IMG/VR virus record: IMGVR_UViG_2816332632_000001
Span: 1-64,000 of that record
Reading direction: 5' to 3' (one strand)
DNA from: a virus
Lineage: Duplodnaviria > Caudoviricetes
DNA length: 64,000 bases
This document shows positions 28,660-37,595 of the stretch, in pieces. The first letter of the stretch is position 1, and every line of letters starts with the position of its first letter. The notes beneath the pieces were generated by a model that was not told the origin of the DNA, made no database searches, and saw only the letters and a program-made list of their open reading frames with translations. The translations under genes and the position numbers were made by a program.

Positions 28660-29937
28660 TTGTCACGCAAGACCGACGCACTACTCGCCGACCCGGACTT
28701 CGCGGCGGCCATCAACAGCGCAGAGTCGCTGCGCCCCATTGCACAGCGCTACGGCGTCAGCTTCGGCTTCGTGCAGAAGGCCAGAGCAGAAGGGCTCTGT
28801 GAAGGCGTCGAAGGCGTGGAACCGGCGACGGTCGGCGACTCCCGCGAGGAGTCATCCGACGGGCGCATCACCATCGAGAAGAAGGCCGACCGGATCATCC
28901 CCCTGTCGGAGTGGCTCGACGACCTCCGCCGCGACGGCTACAACCCCGACGACTACACCACCTCGCACCGTCACTCCGTCTGGACGCAGCACACCGCCAA
29001 GGGCATCACGAAGACGCTCTACTCGAACGCATTCTCCGCCGTCAAAAAGCCGGTGAAGGAGCTTGCGGCGACGGCAAGGATCGACTGGGAAGCCGCCTCC
29101 AAGTTCGTGGAGGGGTTCACCTACATCCCCGCCAAGCGCGACTTCCTCGTCGACACGGCCATCCTCCAGCCGACCGACGAGCAGTGGGGCAAGACCGACT
29201 TCGACGGCGGCACGCCTCAGACCGAAGAGCGGGTCATGAACTCGTACGCCGCGTTCGCTGACTACGTCCGCGAGTACCGCCCACGCCAGGCGTTTTTCGC
29301 GCGCACGGGTGACGGCATCGAGAACTTCTGCAACACCCCGTCGCAGCGCGACACCAACGATCTCGACCTTCCGGCGATGATTACCCAGTCGTTCAAGATG
29401 GACCTCGCGGGCACGGCCATGATCGCGCCCCTCGTGCAGGAGCTCGTGGAGGCGTACGTGCCGTCCAACCACTCCCGCTGGCGCACTGGAGCGAAGGCGG
29501 ACGCCGGCAACGCGCACGCCGACTTCGGCCTCACCGTCGCCAACCAGCTCCGCGCGATGCAGTCGCTCATGGGCATCCTCCCCAACGTGAAGATCCTCAC
29601 GCCGGAGCCGCACATGGAGTCGATGACGGTGCAGCTTGACACGCTGCGCGCCGGACTCGTCCACGGCCACCAGACCAACTCCCCCGACAAGATCGGCGAG
29701 TGGTGGAAGGGCCAGGACCACGGCCGGATGCCCACCTGGGATGCGGACATTCTATTCGTCGGCCACTTCCATTCGCTCCGCATCTACCAGTCCGGCGACG
29801 GTCGCTGGATCGTCGTCGGTCCCGCAAGCGACAACGGCTCCTCGTGGTTCTCCAACCTCAAGGGCGAGCGCGCTCGATCCGGGATGCTGGCAATGGCGAT
29901 CGAAGGCAAGCGCTGGCGCTTCCAGGAGATCCTCTAG
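28660..29937 (+). CDS. Calcineurin-like metallophosphoesterase with N-terminal HTH
   Basis: TDEQWGK, TGDGIE, SNH, HGH, GHFH. Confidence 0.82.
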   Translation: MSRKTDALLADPDFAAAINSAESLRPIAQRYGVSFGFVQKARAEGLCEGVEGVEPATVGDSREESSDGRITIEKKADRIIPLSEWLDDLRRDGYNPDDYTTSHRHSVWTQHTAKGITKTLYSNAFSAVKKPVKELAATARIDWEAASKFVEGFTYIPAKRDFLVDTAILQPTDEQWGKTDFDGGTPQTEERVMNSYAAFADYVREYRPRQAFFARTGDGIENFCNTPSQRDTNDLDLPAMITQSFKMDLAGTAMIAPLVQELVEAYVPSNHSRWRTGAKADAGNAHADFGLTVANQLRAMQSLMGILPNVKILTPEPHMESMTVQLDTLRAGLVHGHQTNSPDKIGEWWKGQDHGRMPTWDADILFVGHFHSLRIYQSGDGRWIVVGPASDNGSSWFSNLKGERARSGMLAMAIEGKRWRFQEIL

Positions 29938-29977
29938 CCACGGATTAGCCAGCTAATCGCTCCTAGACTTAAACCCT

Positions 29978-30058
29978 ATGGAAAACACCGAGATCGTCGA
30001 CCAGTACGCCTGCCCCATCGACCCGATGGAAGCCTTGCAGTGCGATAGCTGCCAGTAG
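29978..30058 (+). CDS. 26-aa Cys peptide resembling the RNR C-terminal tail (not in track)
   Basis: MENTEIVDQYACPIDPMEALQCDSCQ; TAGACT -10 just upstream. Confidence 0.65.
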   Translation: MENTEIVDQYACPIDPMEALQCDSCQ

Positions 30059-30071
30059 AAAGAGAGACCGC

Positions 30072-30314
30072 ATGACGCACACCGCAAACGTCGATCCCAA
30101 CGCCCCCGCCGAGGTGAATCCGACCAAGTACTCCAAGGAGTTCTGGCAGGATCTCGGCGACCGCTCCGTCTCCAGTGCCGCAGGTGCGGCCCTCTCCGTG
30201 CTTGGCGCGGGTGGGCTCGGCATCGTCACAGCCGACTGGCAGAGCGTCGTCTCCATCTCGCTCATGGCCGGAGCCATCTCGATCCTCAAGGCTTTCGCTG
30301 TCGCCCGAAGGTAG
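30072..30314 (+). CDS. Holin (r1t-like)
   Basis: KEFWQDLGDRSV...DWQSVVS, two TM segments. Confidence 0.8.
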   Translation: MTHTANVDPNAPAEVNPTKYSKEFWQDLGDRSVSSAAGAALSVLGAGGLGIVTADWQSVVSISLMAGAISILKAFAVARR

Positions 30315-30330
30315 GTGATCCCATCTCGAC

Positions 30331-30360
30331 GAACGGCCCCGGATTTCTCCGGGGCCGTTC
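30331..30360. terminator. Hairpin between convergent arms
   Basis: GAACGGCCCCGGA-TTTC-TCCGGGGCCGTTC. Confidence 0.8.
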
Positions 30361-30364
30361 TGGT

Positions 30365-30877
30365 TTAAGCAGCTACCGGTCGCGGCGGCCAGAAGGTGCG
30401 CAGCGTCGGCATGTGCTTCCGCTGTTTGAGGTAGACGAGCGAATGCGTGATGGCGTCGTTCGAGTCGTCGTTGTCGGTGCCCTTAGCGTGCAGCCCGAAT
30501 TCCGCCAGGAAATTGAACCGGACACGCTGCCGCTGCGCCTTCGTCTTCGCCTCGGGCGGGTAGCCGGTGAGCAGCGCCTTGTGTGTGCGCATCTGCCAGG
30601 TCACCGCCCGCCACTCGGCATCCGTGAGTGCCATGCAGAGCGCGCCCTCGATATGCACGGGAGTGAGGTCGGCCTGGAAGTTGTTCCGCGCGAGCACGAA
30701 CTTTTCGACCACGAGCTCGTCGTAGACCGGCCGCTCGTGAGTCCACCAGCGCTTGAACCCCGCCACCCCGCCGTGCACCTGGTAGCGCTCGACGAGTTGA
30801 TAGGGCGTGGTCTCGTTGTAGAAGCCGAGCGAGATCCCCGTGTTCTTGCCAGGGTCGATGGAGAGCAGGCGCGTCAC
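30365..30877 (-). CDS. RuvC-like resolvase
   Basis: LSIDPGKNTG, VVEKF, DSNDAITH. Confidence 0.78.
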   Translation of the reverse strand: MTRLLSIDPGKNTGISLGFYNETTPYQLVERYQVHGGVAGFKRWWTHERPVYDELVVEKFVLARNNFQADLTPVHIEGALCMALTDAEWRAVTWQMRTHKALLTGYPPEAKTKAQRQRVRFNFLAEFGLHAKGTDNDDSNDAITHSLVYLKQRKHMPTLRTFWPPRPVAA

Positions 30878-31140
30878 GGCTCCTCCCCCTCTTCCCAGGC
30901 AATCGTCCGCTGGGCTGTCTTCCAGTTGCCGTACTCGCTCTTGACGTAGGTGATGTGCGCAGTACAGAGCAACACCCACTCGCCGTCACGCATCTCGTAG
31001 AGCGCGCCCTCGCGGCCGACGGCCTTGATCGCGGAGAGCCCGAGCCCGCGCGTTGCGTGCAGCTTCTCGCGTTGATTCCGGGCTGGGATCACTGTGAGGA
31101 ACGTTTGCGGCTTTGCTCGCCGTGGTGTGAGGTCGGTCAT
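30874..31140 (-). CDS. Hypothetical protein
   Basis: Coupled ORF in the leftward operon. Confidence 0.6.
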   Translation of the reverse strand: MTDLTPRRAKPQTFLTVIPARNQREKLHATRGLGLSAIKAVGREGALYEMRDGEWVLLCTAHITYVKSEYGNWKTAQRTIAWEEGEEP

Positions 31141-32489
31141 GCTGCCAGCCCCATCTCCGACCGCTTCGCGCTAACCGCCACCTCGACGAGGGGGCTGAGG
31201 ATGGCCTCACCCAGGAGCGGCGGGACCGCGTTGCCGATCTGGAGGAAGCGCTTGCCCTTCGCGCCCTGGAACGGGAAGCCGTCGGGGTACGACTGGAGCG
31301 CCGCTGCCTGGTTGTCCTCGAGCTTCATTGAGCCGGGTCGGTTCTGGCGCGAGACTCCGCCCTTCACGAACTCCGAGCGCCCTGGCCCGCCGAGTCTGGG
31401 GTCGGCCACAATCGTGGTCGCGGGTCGCTCGTAGGGCCACGACTCCGCAGAACCGGCAACCCGGAAGCCGCCTGGTGTCGTGCCGGACGCGCTGCCGGTC
31501 ACGGTGAGGGCAGGGTGCTCGACCGGGCGAGCGGGCCGCTCACCGTGCCGCTCCAGCATCCCAGCGCCGCGGTGGCGCTCCTGGGTTAGGCCACTCGGGT
31601 ACGACTGGAGCACTGCCGCATCCTGGTCAGTGAGGCGCAGGATTCCACCGTCGTTGTCGGCGTCACCGGAAGGCTCCCACGCTCCTCGCTCTCGCTCGCC
31701 GTAAACGGTTCGACGCGCACCCGATCCCCCGAGCGCCGCCGGATCGGTCCCGCCCTGCTCTGTGCCGGTGGCGACAGTGGGGTACGGCCGCTCGGTCATG
31801 CCCCAGCCGAGTGCCTCTGCCATCGAGACCCACTTCTCCACGCCGTCGTCGAGCTTCTCGGGGCTGCGCGAGTAATAGCGCGAGTGGGTCGGTGTCGGCA
31901 TCTTGGCTTCGACGCCGTCACGGCGTGCGATGAGGATGGCGCGCTTCCGAGTCTGAGGGACGCCATACTGCTCAGCGTTCAGGACGCCAGTCACTACCGA
32001 GTAGCCGATCGCACGCAGGACTTCCGCGCACGCCTCCCAGACGGGGAGCACGGTCGGCACCTGTTCCAGCACGACAAGCATCGGCCGGTCGCGGTAGGCG
32101 TAGGTGAGCGGGGTGAGAACGAGCGCGGTGCGATCGTCCAGCCCCTCCGTCGCCGCACGCAGCGTCTCCGGGGTTTTGTACGCCCCGAACCGGATCGCTC
32201 CGAGCACATCGTCGAGCGCCTTTCGGCCGGCACCCTTCCCCGCAACGGAGAATGTCTGGCATGGCGGGCTCGCGATGAGGAGTTGGTAGGTGTTGAGGAT
32301 GTCGCGGACGTTACCCACCACTTTCCCTTCATCCAGCCCCTCCCAGACGTCACGGTAGAGGGTGGTCATCCCAGCGGCGTCGCGGGTCGCAACGGCCTCG
32401 TCCATGAGCTCGACGCCATGCTCTTCGATCCCGAGGCGCTGGCAGGCGACACCCCAGCCGGTGCCCGCGAACAGGTCGAGCGCGATCAT
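31137..32489 (-). CDS. Phage C5 cytosine methyltransferase with repeated TRD-like segments
   Basis: DLFAG, SPPCQ, EQV, YGVPQTRKR, QIGNAVPP. Confidence 0.9.
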   Translation of the reverse strand: MIALDLFAGTGWGVACQRLGIEEHGVELMDEAVATRDAAGMTTLYRDVWEGLDEGKVVGNVRDILNTYQLLIASPPCQTFSVAGKGAGRKALDDVLGAIRFGAYKTPETLRAATEGLDDRTALVLTPLTYAYRDRPMLVVLEQVPTVLPVWEACAEVLRAIGYSVVTGVLNAEQYGVPQTRKRAILIARRDGVEAKMPTPTHSRYYSRSPEKLDDGVEKWVSMAEALGWGMTERPYPTVATGTEQGGTDPAALGGSGARRTVYGERERGAWEPSGDADNDGGILRLTDQDAAVLQSYPSGLTQERHRGAGMLERHGERPARPVEHPALTVTGSASGTTPGGFRVAGSAESWPYERPATTIVADPRLGGPGRSEFVKGGVSRQNRPGSMKLEDNQAAALQSYPDGFPFQGAKGKRFLQIGNAVPPLLGEAILSPLVEVAVSAKRSEMGLAA

Positions 32490-32821
32490 GCCTCCACCAG
32501 CGCAATCCCGTAGTTCGCGCCGCGTTTGACGACCCACCACTCGCCGTGCACGACCGCTCCCTGGTCGGAGTCGATTCGGCCGTTGGTGAGCAGGGTGTCC
32601 ATGTCCTTCATGAACATCGGGTAGGTGTTGCCGTCGATGTCCTCCCAGATCACTCGCACGGCGCTGCGCCCGCGCTGCCAGGTCTTGTAGAACAGCGAGG
32701 CCGGGAAGGGGTCGTTGGGCCGCCACTCGCCATTGTCGATGGCGCCCGGGAATGTGCGGTAGACGAATTCCTGGAGGTTGCCATTGCGGTACGGCGCGTG
32801 CGTCAGGCTGTTCTTCGTCAT
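32486..32821 (-). CDS. Hypothetical protein
   Basis: Start MTKNSL, ATGA-coupled. Confidence 0.65.
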   Translation of the reverse strand: MTKNSLTHAPYRNGNLQEFVYRTFPGAIDNGEWRPNDPFPASLFYKTWQRGRSAVRVIWEDIDGNTYPMFMKDMDTLLTNGRIDSDQGAVVHGEWWVVKRGANYGIALVEA

Positions 32822-33282
32822 GCCGCGACCGCCTTCGCTGCTGCGCGCGCTCGTCGCGCTTCGAGCCACTGGATGGCGTTGCAGTCGCCGCCGGGGATCT
32901 CGATGCGTTCGAGGACCGTGCGCGCGCCCGCAGCTTCGAGGCCGGCGGCCAGCTTCGCGGCGAAACGGCGCCATTCGTCGGCGTCCGCGGCCTCGGTTCT
33001 GTTGAGATCCTTGATGGCCCGATTCACCTCGCTCTTGCGGCGGTTCACCAGGGCGAGGAGCGTTTTGGCGCGGCGCTTCCACTCCGGCTCACCATCCTCG
33101 GCGTGCTCGATAAGCTGCGCCTGCAACGAGCCGATGATGCCCGCAAGCACCTCGTGCGTCCGGTCGATGAGCTCCGGCTCCATCAGGTCTGCCCACTCAT
33201 CGCGCCGCAGACGCCATTTCACCTCCCCCTCGAAAACGTGGTCGTTCGCCTTGACGAGATCTCCGATAGTCAGTGTGCTCAT
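32818..33282 (-). CDS. Hypothetical helical protein
   Basis: ATGA-coupled. Confidence 0.65.
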   Translation of the reverse strand: MSTLTIGDLVKANDHVFEGEVKWRLRRDEWADLMEPELIDRTHEVLAGIIGSLQAQLIEHAEDGEPEWKRRAKTLLALVNRRKSEVNRAIKDLNRTEAADADEWRRFAAKLAAGLEAAGARTVLERIEIPGGDCNAIQWLEARRARAAAKAVAA

Positions 33283-34136
33283 CCTGTCCATTCCCCTTCC
33301 TGTAGTAGGTCCGCGGCGGTCGCCTCGGCCTGTTTCTGTTTCTTGCTCGCCGCCCGCTCCTTCGGGACGTACCCGGGGACGAGCATCTTCATCCACTCCT
33401 CGAGCCAGGCGGTGAGATCCGCCGCTTTCTCAGAGGTGACGATCTTGTGGAGCGCGGTGTCGCCGTCGTTGTATTCGATGGAGAGGCGCGTGGTCTTCTC
33501 GGCGCGCACCTCGTCGTTCCACCCCATTGACTCGCCATAGCGCTTGTCGATCTTGTAGTGGTAGTGCATCTCGCGTGGCAACCCGACGGGGTCCACGATC
33601 AGCGCGTAGACGAACTTGGCTCCCGGCGCACCCTTGGCCGTGACAGTCTGAATCCATTCGGCGTAGAAGCCCAGACGGCCGCCGGGGTGCTTCGCGAGCA
33701 TGGCAAGGTGGTCGACGTCGTGTGCGGGCGTTTTCAGGTCGCCAGCAGATGCGCCAGTAGCCTTGCTGTCGCCCGCGTAGTAGTCGTCGGGGTGGTGGAC
33801 GGTGAACTCGCGGACGGTGCGGTCCCATGCGAGCGCGTCGACCGATTTGAGAATCCCCGCGGGCGACGTTGGGATAGCCTCGGCGTCGCGCGAGGACGTC
33901 ACGTATGGCGTCACGGTGGCGGCTCCCGCCTTGCGGGCGCGGTCGCGGCTCTTGACGTCGGCGAAGAACTCCCTCCACGTTCCGCCGCCGATCGGCTGTG
34001 TCGGAAACCGGACCGAGGTGCGTTCAGTGGATCGCGCCTCGGAGACGACTGCTTCTTCTGCGTCGGGATCTTCGCTGGCTTCACCCCAGTCGAGGTCTGC
34101 CTCCTCTTCGGAGGCGTCTACGAATCCGACCGTCAT
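33279..34136 (-). CDS. Hypothetical protein
   Basis: 285-aa coupled ORF. Confidence 0.65.
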   Translation of the reverse strand: MTVGFVDASEEEADLDWGEASEDPDAEEAVVSEARSTERTSVRFPTQPIGGGTWREFFADVKSRDRARKAGAATVTPYVTSSRDAEAIPTSPAGILKSVDALAWDRTVREFTVHHPDDYYAGDSKATGASAGDLKTPAHDVDHLAMLAKHPGGRLGFYAEWIQTVTAKGAPGAKFVYALIVDPVGLPREMHYHYKIDKRYGESMGWNDEVRAEKTTRLSIEYNDGDTALHKIVTSEKAADLTAWLEEWMKMLVPGYVPKERAASKKQKQAEATAADLLQEGEWTG

Positions 34137-34504
34137 TTCCAGCCTCGCGGGTCAAAATGCGGCGCAGCCTCTTCATAGAGCAGTGTCACGCCAGGCCCCA
34201 GGAACACGTTGAGGAAGTCCGTCGGAGTGAAGAGGCCCGTGGTGTCGCCTGCGGGCTGGGTGAGGATCTGGCGGACCTTGTCGCGGATCTGCCGCTCGTC
34301 GTTGACGTCCTGGACGTAGGCGACATCGACGGCGAATGGCGGCACAGCTCCCATACCCAGCACTCGTCCGGGCTCTCCAGGGTTGGCGGGGACCGGCTGC
34401 ACGGCGAAGGGGACTTTCAGGCTCATGTACGCGAGGCGAATGCGCTCGAGCTGCTCGGGAGGGAGCGGCCACGGGTGGATCGCAAGCGCGAACGGCTCAG
34501 CCAT
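34133..34504 (-). CDS. Hypothetical protein
   Basis: Start MAEPFAL. Confidence 0.6.
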   Translation of the reverse strand: MAEPFALAIHPWPLPPEQLERIRLAYMSLKVPFAVQPVPANPGEPGRVLGMGAVPPFAVDVAYVQDVNDERQIRDKVRQILTQPAGDTTGLFTPTDFLNVFLGPGVTLLYEEAAPHFDPRGWK

Positions 34505-34877
34505 TGGTGCGCTCCGCCATCCGGGCGAGCGTGCGCTGCGGGATGCCAGCGAGCTTGGCGAGGAAGTTGACGGAGACGCCTGCGGCGATTGCCACGCGCA
34601 CCTTGTCGTTGTCGACCTCGCCGCGGATGCGCATGAGGAGGACGTCGATGGTGGGCTGGAGGGCTTCGGGCTCGAGTCGACCGCCCGTTCTCTCGGTCTT
34701 CGGCACAAGCCCGTTCACCGTGGCCGGTGCGAGACCGACGAACTTGGCGATGTGCCGGTTGGAGTAGATGCCCCACTCCGCGAGCGAAACGGCCGCGTCG
34801 GCCTTCTGCTGGCGGTCGAGTCCTCCGCGGCGCGAGTGAACGTCGCGCGCTTCCTTGAGTGCTGCGAGGGTGGTCAT
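34497..34877 (-). CDS. Tandem-HTH DNA-binding protein
   Basis: SNRHIAKFVGLAPATV and SVNFLAKLAGIPQRTL. Confidence 0.7.
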   Translation of the reverse strand: MTTLAALKEARDVHSRRGGLDRQQKADAAVSLAEWGIYSNRHIAKFVGLAPATVNGLVPKTERTGGRLEPEALQPTIDVLLMRIRGEVDNDKVRVAIAAGVSVNFLAKLAGIPQRTLARMAERTNG

Positions 34878-37411
34878 GCCGCCTCCTTGATTTCGAGCCA
34901 GGTCTCGCCTGACGTTTGGTCTCTGGTCTTGCCGATGCGCCCTTCGGCGACAAGCTGGGTGATGTATCTGTCTGCGGTGAAGACGTCGTTGACGCGGCCG
35001 TAGACCGCCGACTGTTTGACCTTGCGGCCCGGTCTCGACGCGATGTACTGCTCGACCTTGTCGACCTCGCGCCGGTAGCCGGACTGGGTGGTCTTCTTCA
35101 CCATGAAGAGGAGGTTGCCGAGCCATTCCTCCGCCTGTTCCAGGGCAATGAGGTAGTCGAGTCTGGTGATCTCCGTGCGGCCGAGGGAGCAGGCCACCAG
35201 TGCTGCGCACTTCATGACGGTCCAGGTGAAACGCTCGAGCGACGGCTTGATGAGGTCACGGCTGGGGTGGCCTTCGATCAGCTTCTCGAAGTGCTCGTAG
35301 AACTCCAGGTCGCGGTCGATCACCTCGTCGGGCACGAACATCGCGGACGGCTCGCCCGGCTTCGAGATGAGGCGCACGTTGTTGGCGAACTCGGCCGCCC
35401 AATGCTTCTGCATGTGCTTGAAGTCGACGGTGCGTGCGTCGTCGGGCTTGGCGAACCGCTTGCGCTTCATGTCGCGGGTGCGCTCGACGGTGTCGCCGAC
35501 CGCCCACACGAAACGGTGCAGGAAGCCGGAGTCCCAGTCTTCGGGCTCCAGTGCGGCATACAGCTTCTCGTCGATGCCCGCGTACTGCATCACCAGGAAG
35601 GCTTTCGCGTTCTGGCCGGAGATGTCCTTCTTGCCGTTGCGGAGGATCATCGGCACGCGGCCGCCGTAGATGTCGGTGAGCTTCTCGCGGAGGTTCTTGA
35701 GGTAGCCGTTGTTACCCGGCCGGGACGCCGCGATGTGGCCGTGTGCCTCGTCCGAGTTGAACCAGGAGGCCATGCCGTCGCGCTCGATCAACTTCTCGAT
35801 GAGTGCTTCGGGCGTTGCGTCGCCACCGATGTCCGGGTGATTCTCGGCCGTGTAGTAGGCGTCGAGCACGGTGCGCTGCACGTCCATCGACTCCGACTTA
35901 CCGGTCGTCGACTTTCCGCTCGTCATGCCCCAGATGTTGAGCGGCACGACGAGCCCGCCCTCCTTCATGAGGTAGGCGTGCGGCGAGTAGATGAGGGAGA
36001 GGATCAGGAATCGGTTGAGCCGGTGGTACGGAGGGTTGACGGTCGGGAGTGTCTCGTTGACGAAGTTCATGTACTCGGTGCCGAACCACTGCACGCCCGC
36101 GATCTCTTCACGCTCCGCCGGGCTGAGCAACTCTTCCGGGGTGCGCTCGTCAGTCTGCGGCACGAGCGGCGCGCGCTCCTCGGCGGGCGGCGGTGCCACC
36201 TGAGTGCCCGTCTCGCGCTGGATGACGTCGGCGGCCGTGGCAACCTCACGCCACAGCTTTGCGAGGCCGAGCGAGTCGATCTGGAGGTACTGGGACGCCC
36301 TGGTGCCCCAGGCGAGCGACACTGCCTGCTCCTCAGTGAACCCGAGACGCATCGACTCGACGAGGATGAGGTGGCGAAGCTGCCAGTAGCCCTTGTCGGT
36401 CTTGTGGTCCGGCTCGGCGGTCAGGAGCTCCATCCAGGATTCGCCGCGCGTGGTGAACTCGGGCAGCATGTTTGCCACGCCGAGGAATGGGAGCGGGTTC
36501 GGGATGTTCGCTCCGGGCGGGTCGGCAAGCTGGCCGGCGGTGGAGTGTCGGGCGGACGTCCACTGCTCCATGATCTTGTCCTGGCCCCACGCCGGGTACG
36601 TCGGCGTGTGCGACATGAGGATCTCGAGCGCCTGCTCTTCGGTGACCGCGTAGTCGTTGGAGTTGACCATCCGCGACAGCCAGCACGCAGAGCCGAACAC
36701 GACGTCGTGCCATCCGGCACCCTCGTGCCACACCGTCGGCAGCGCCGAGAGGTCGCGGATGATGGCGTTGACCTGTCGCTGCTCGTCGTCGGAGGCGTAC
36801 TCGACCTTCGTGGCGGAGTGCTGCTCGTAGCTGTACGTCGGGCGCTCGACGGTGAGGTAGTCGATCCACGCATCCGGCAGTCGCTCGAAGTCTTCGAGGC
36901 GCGGCGGTCCGGCCATCGGCTCGCCCTCGTAGTCATACCACTGGTACGTCTCGCCCGTCTCGGGGTGGCGTGAGGGGAACACGAGCGAGTAGCGATGGTG
37001 TCGCTGCACGATCTCGATGTCCTTTGCGGGCTTCTGCTCGAACTCGACGCCGTCGGGCACCAGGAAGAAGTGCTGGCGGCTGGGGTGGCCTTGGCCGCGG
37101 GAGGTGCTCGAGATCGTCGCCGGGAGGGAGCCGAGTCTCCTTTCGAGCTCGGCGAGCTGCTCGGCACCCTTCTTCTCGCCGTACTCGTCGACGTCGACGC
37201 CGATGAAGCCCTCCGCGCGCAGGGCGACGTTCTGCCTGCCCCACGACGGGTCGGCTATCCATTCGGCGACCTTCTCGTCGGTGACGGTTCCCTCGCGGCC
37301 GGTGGCGTCTGCTGGGACCGGTCGCTTCCCCTTCACGGGGATTGGTGCGAAGCCGAGCGATCGGTACGTCTGCGCCGAGGTGCTGTAGTCGACGGGGGTT
37401 GAGGCGTCTAT
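34874..37411 (-). CDS. Bifunctional primase-polymerase fused to a helicase-like domain; probable ATA start at 37411
   Basis: AQTYRSLGFAPIPV.GKRP, GVDVD, QHFF, PSRHP, Walker A GKSTTGKS. Confidence 0.88.
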   Translation of the reverse strand: MDASTPVDYSTSAQTYRSLGFAPIPVKGKRPVPADATGREGTVTDEKVAEWIADPSWGRQNVALRAEGFIGVDVDEYGEKKGAEQLAELERRLGSLPATISSTSRGQGHPSRQHFFLVPDGVEFEQKPAKDIEIVQRHHRYSLVFPSRHPETGETYQWYDYEGEPMAGPPRLEDFERLPDAWIDYLTVERPTYSYEQHSATKVEYASDDEQRQVNAIIRDLSALPTVWHEGAGWHDVVFGSACWLSRMVNSNDYAVTEEQALEILMSHTPTYPAWGQDKIMEQWTSARHSTAGQLADPPGANIPNPLPFLGVANMLPEFTTRGESWMELLTAEPDHKTDKGYWQLRHLILVESMRLGFTEEQAVSLAWGTRASQYLQIDSLGLAKLWREVATAADVIQRETGTQVAPPPAEERAPLVPQTDERTPEELLSPAEREEIAGVQWFGTEYMNFVNETLPTVNPPYHRLNRFLILSLIYSPHAYLMKEGGLVVPLNIWGMTSGKSTTGKSESMDVQRTVLDAYYTAENHPDIGGDATPEALIEKLIERDGMASWFNSDEAHGHIAASRPGNNGYLKNLREKLTDIYGGRVPMILRNGKKDISGQNAKAFLVMQYAGIDEKLYAALEPEDWDSGFLHRFVWAVGDTVERTRDMKRKRFAKPDDARTVDFKHMQKHWAAEFANNVRLISKPGEPSAMFVPDEVIDRDLEFYEHFEKLIEGHPSRDLIKPSLERFTWTVMKCAALVACSLGRTEITRLDYLIALEQAEEWLGNLLFMVKKTTQSGYRREVDKVEQYIASRPGRKVKQSAVYGRVNDVFTADRYITQLVAEGRIGKTRDQTSGETWLEIKEAA

Positions 37412-37451
37412 TGGTCTTGCTCCCGTCTGCTTGGTGATTTGCTGTCTAAAT

Positions 37452-37538
37452 TGGTGGAACGGGGAGGATTCGAACCTCCGGCCTGGGATACCTGTTTTGC
37501 GTCGCGCGACCCCTGCTCTGCCACTGAGCTACCGTCCC
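37452..37538 (-). ncRNA. tRNA-like RNA with Ala identity and a 19-nt anticodon loop
   Basis: GGGACGG/CCGTTCC-A-CCA; D arm GCTC/GAGC; T arm GGAGG-TTCGAAT-CCTCC; stem GGGGT/ATCCC closes a 19-nt loop. Confidence 0.8.
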
Positions 37539-37595
37539 TCGGCCCGTTTCGGTCACATCGTGGATGCGACCAGGAGGGCTAGACCCGTGGCCTGG

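Noticed and set aside
13873-30314. Tail plus lysis genes without a head read as a tailocin or satellite
   Set aside because: A full replication arm, a candidate cos and phage genes continuing to the right edge favour a permuted prophage; unproven until flanking sequence is seen
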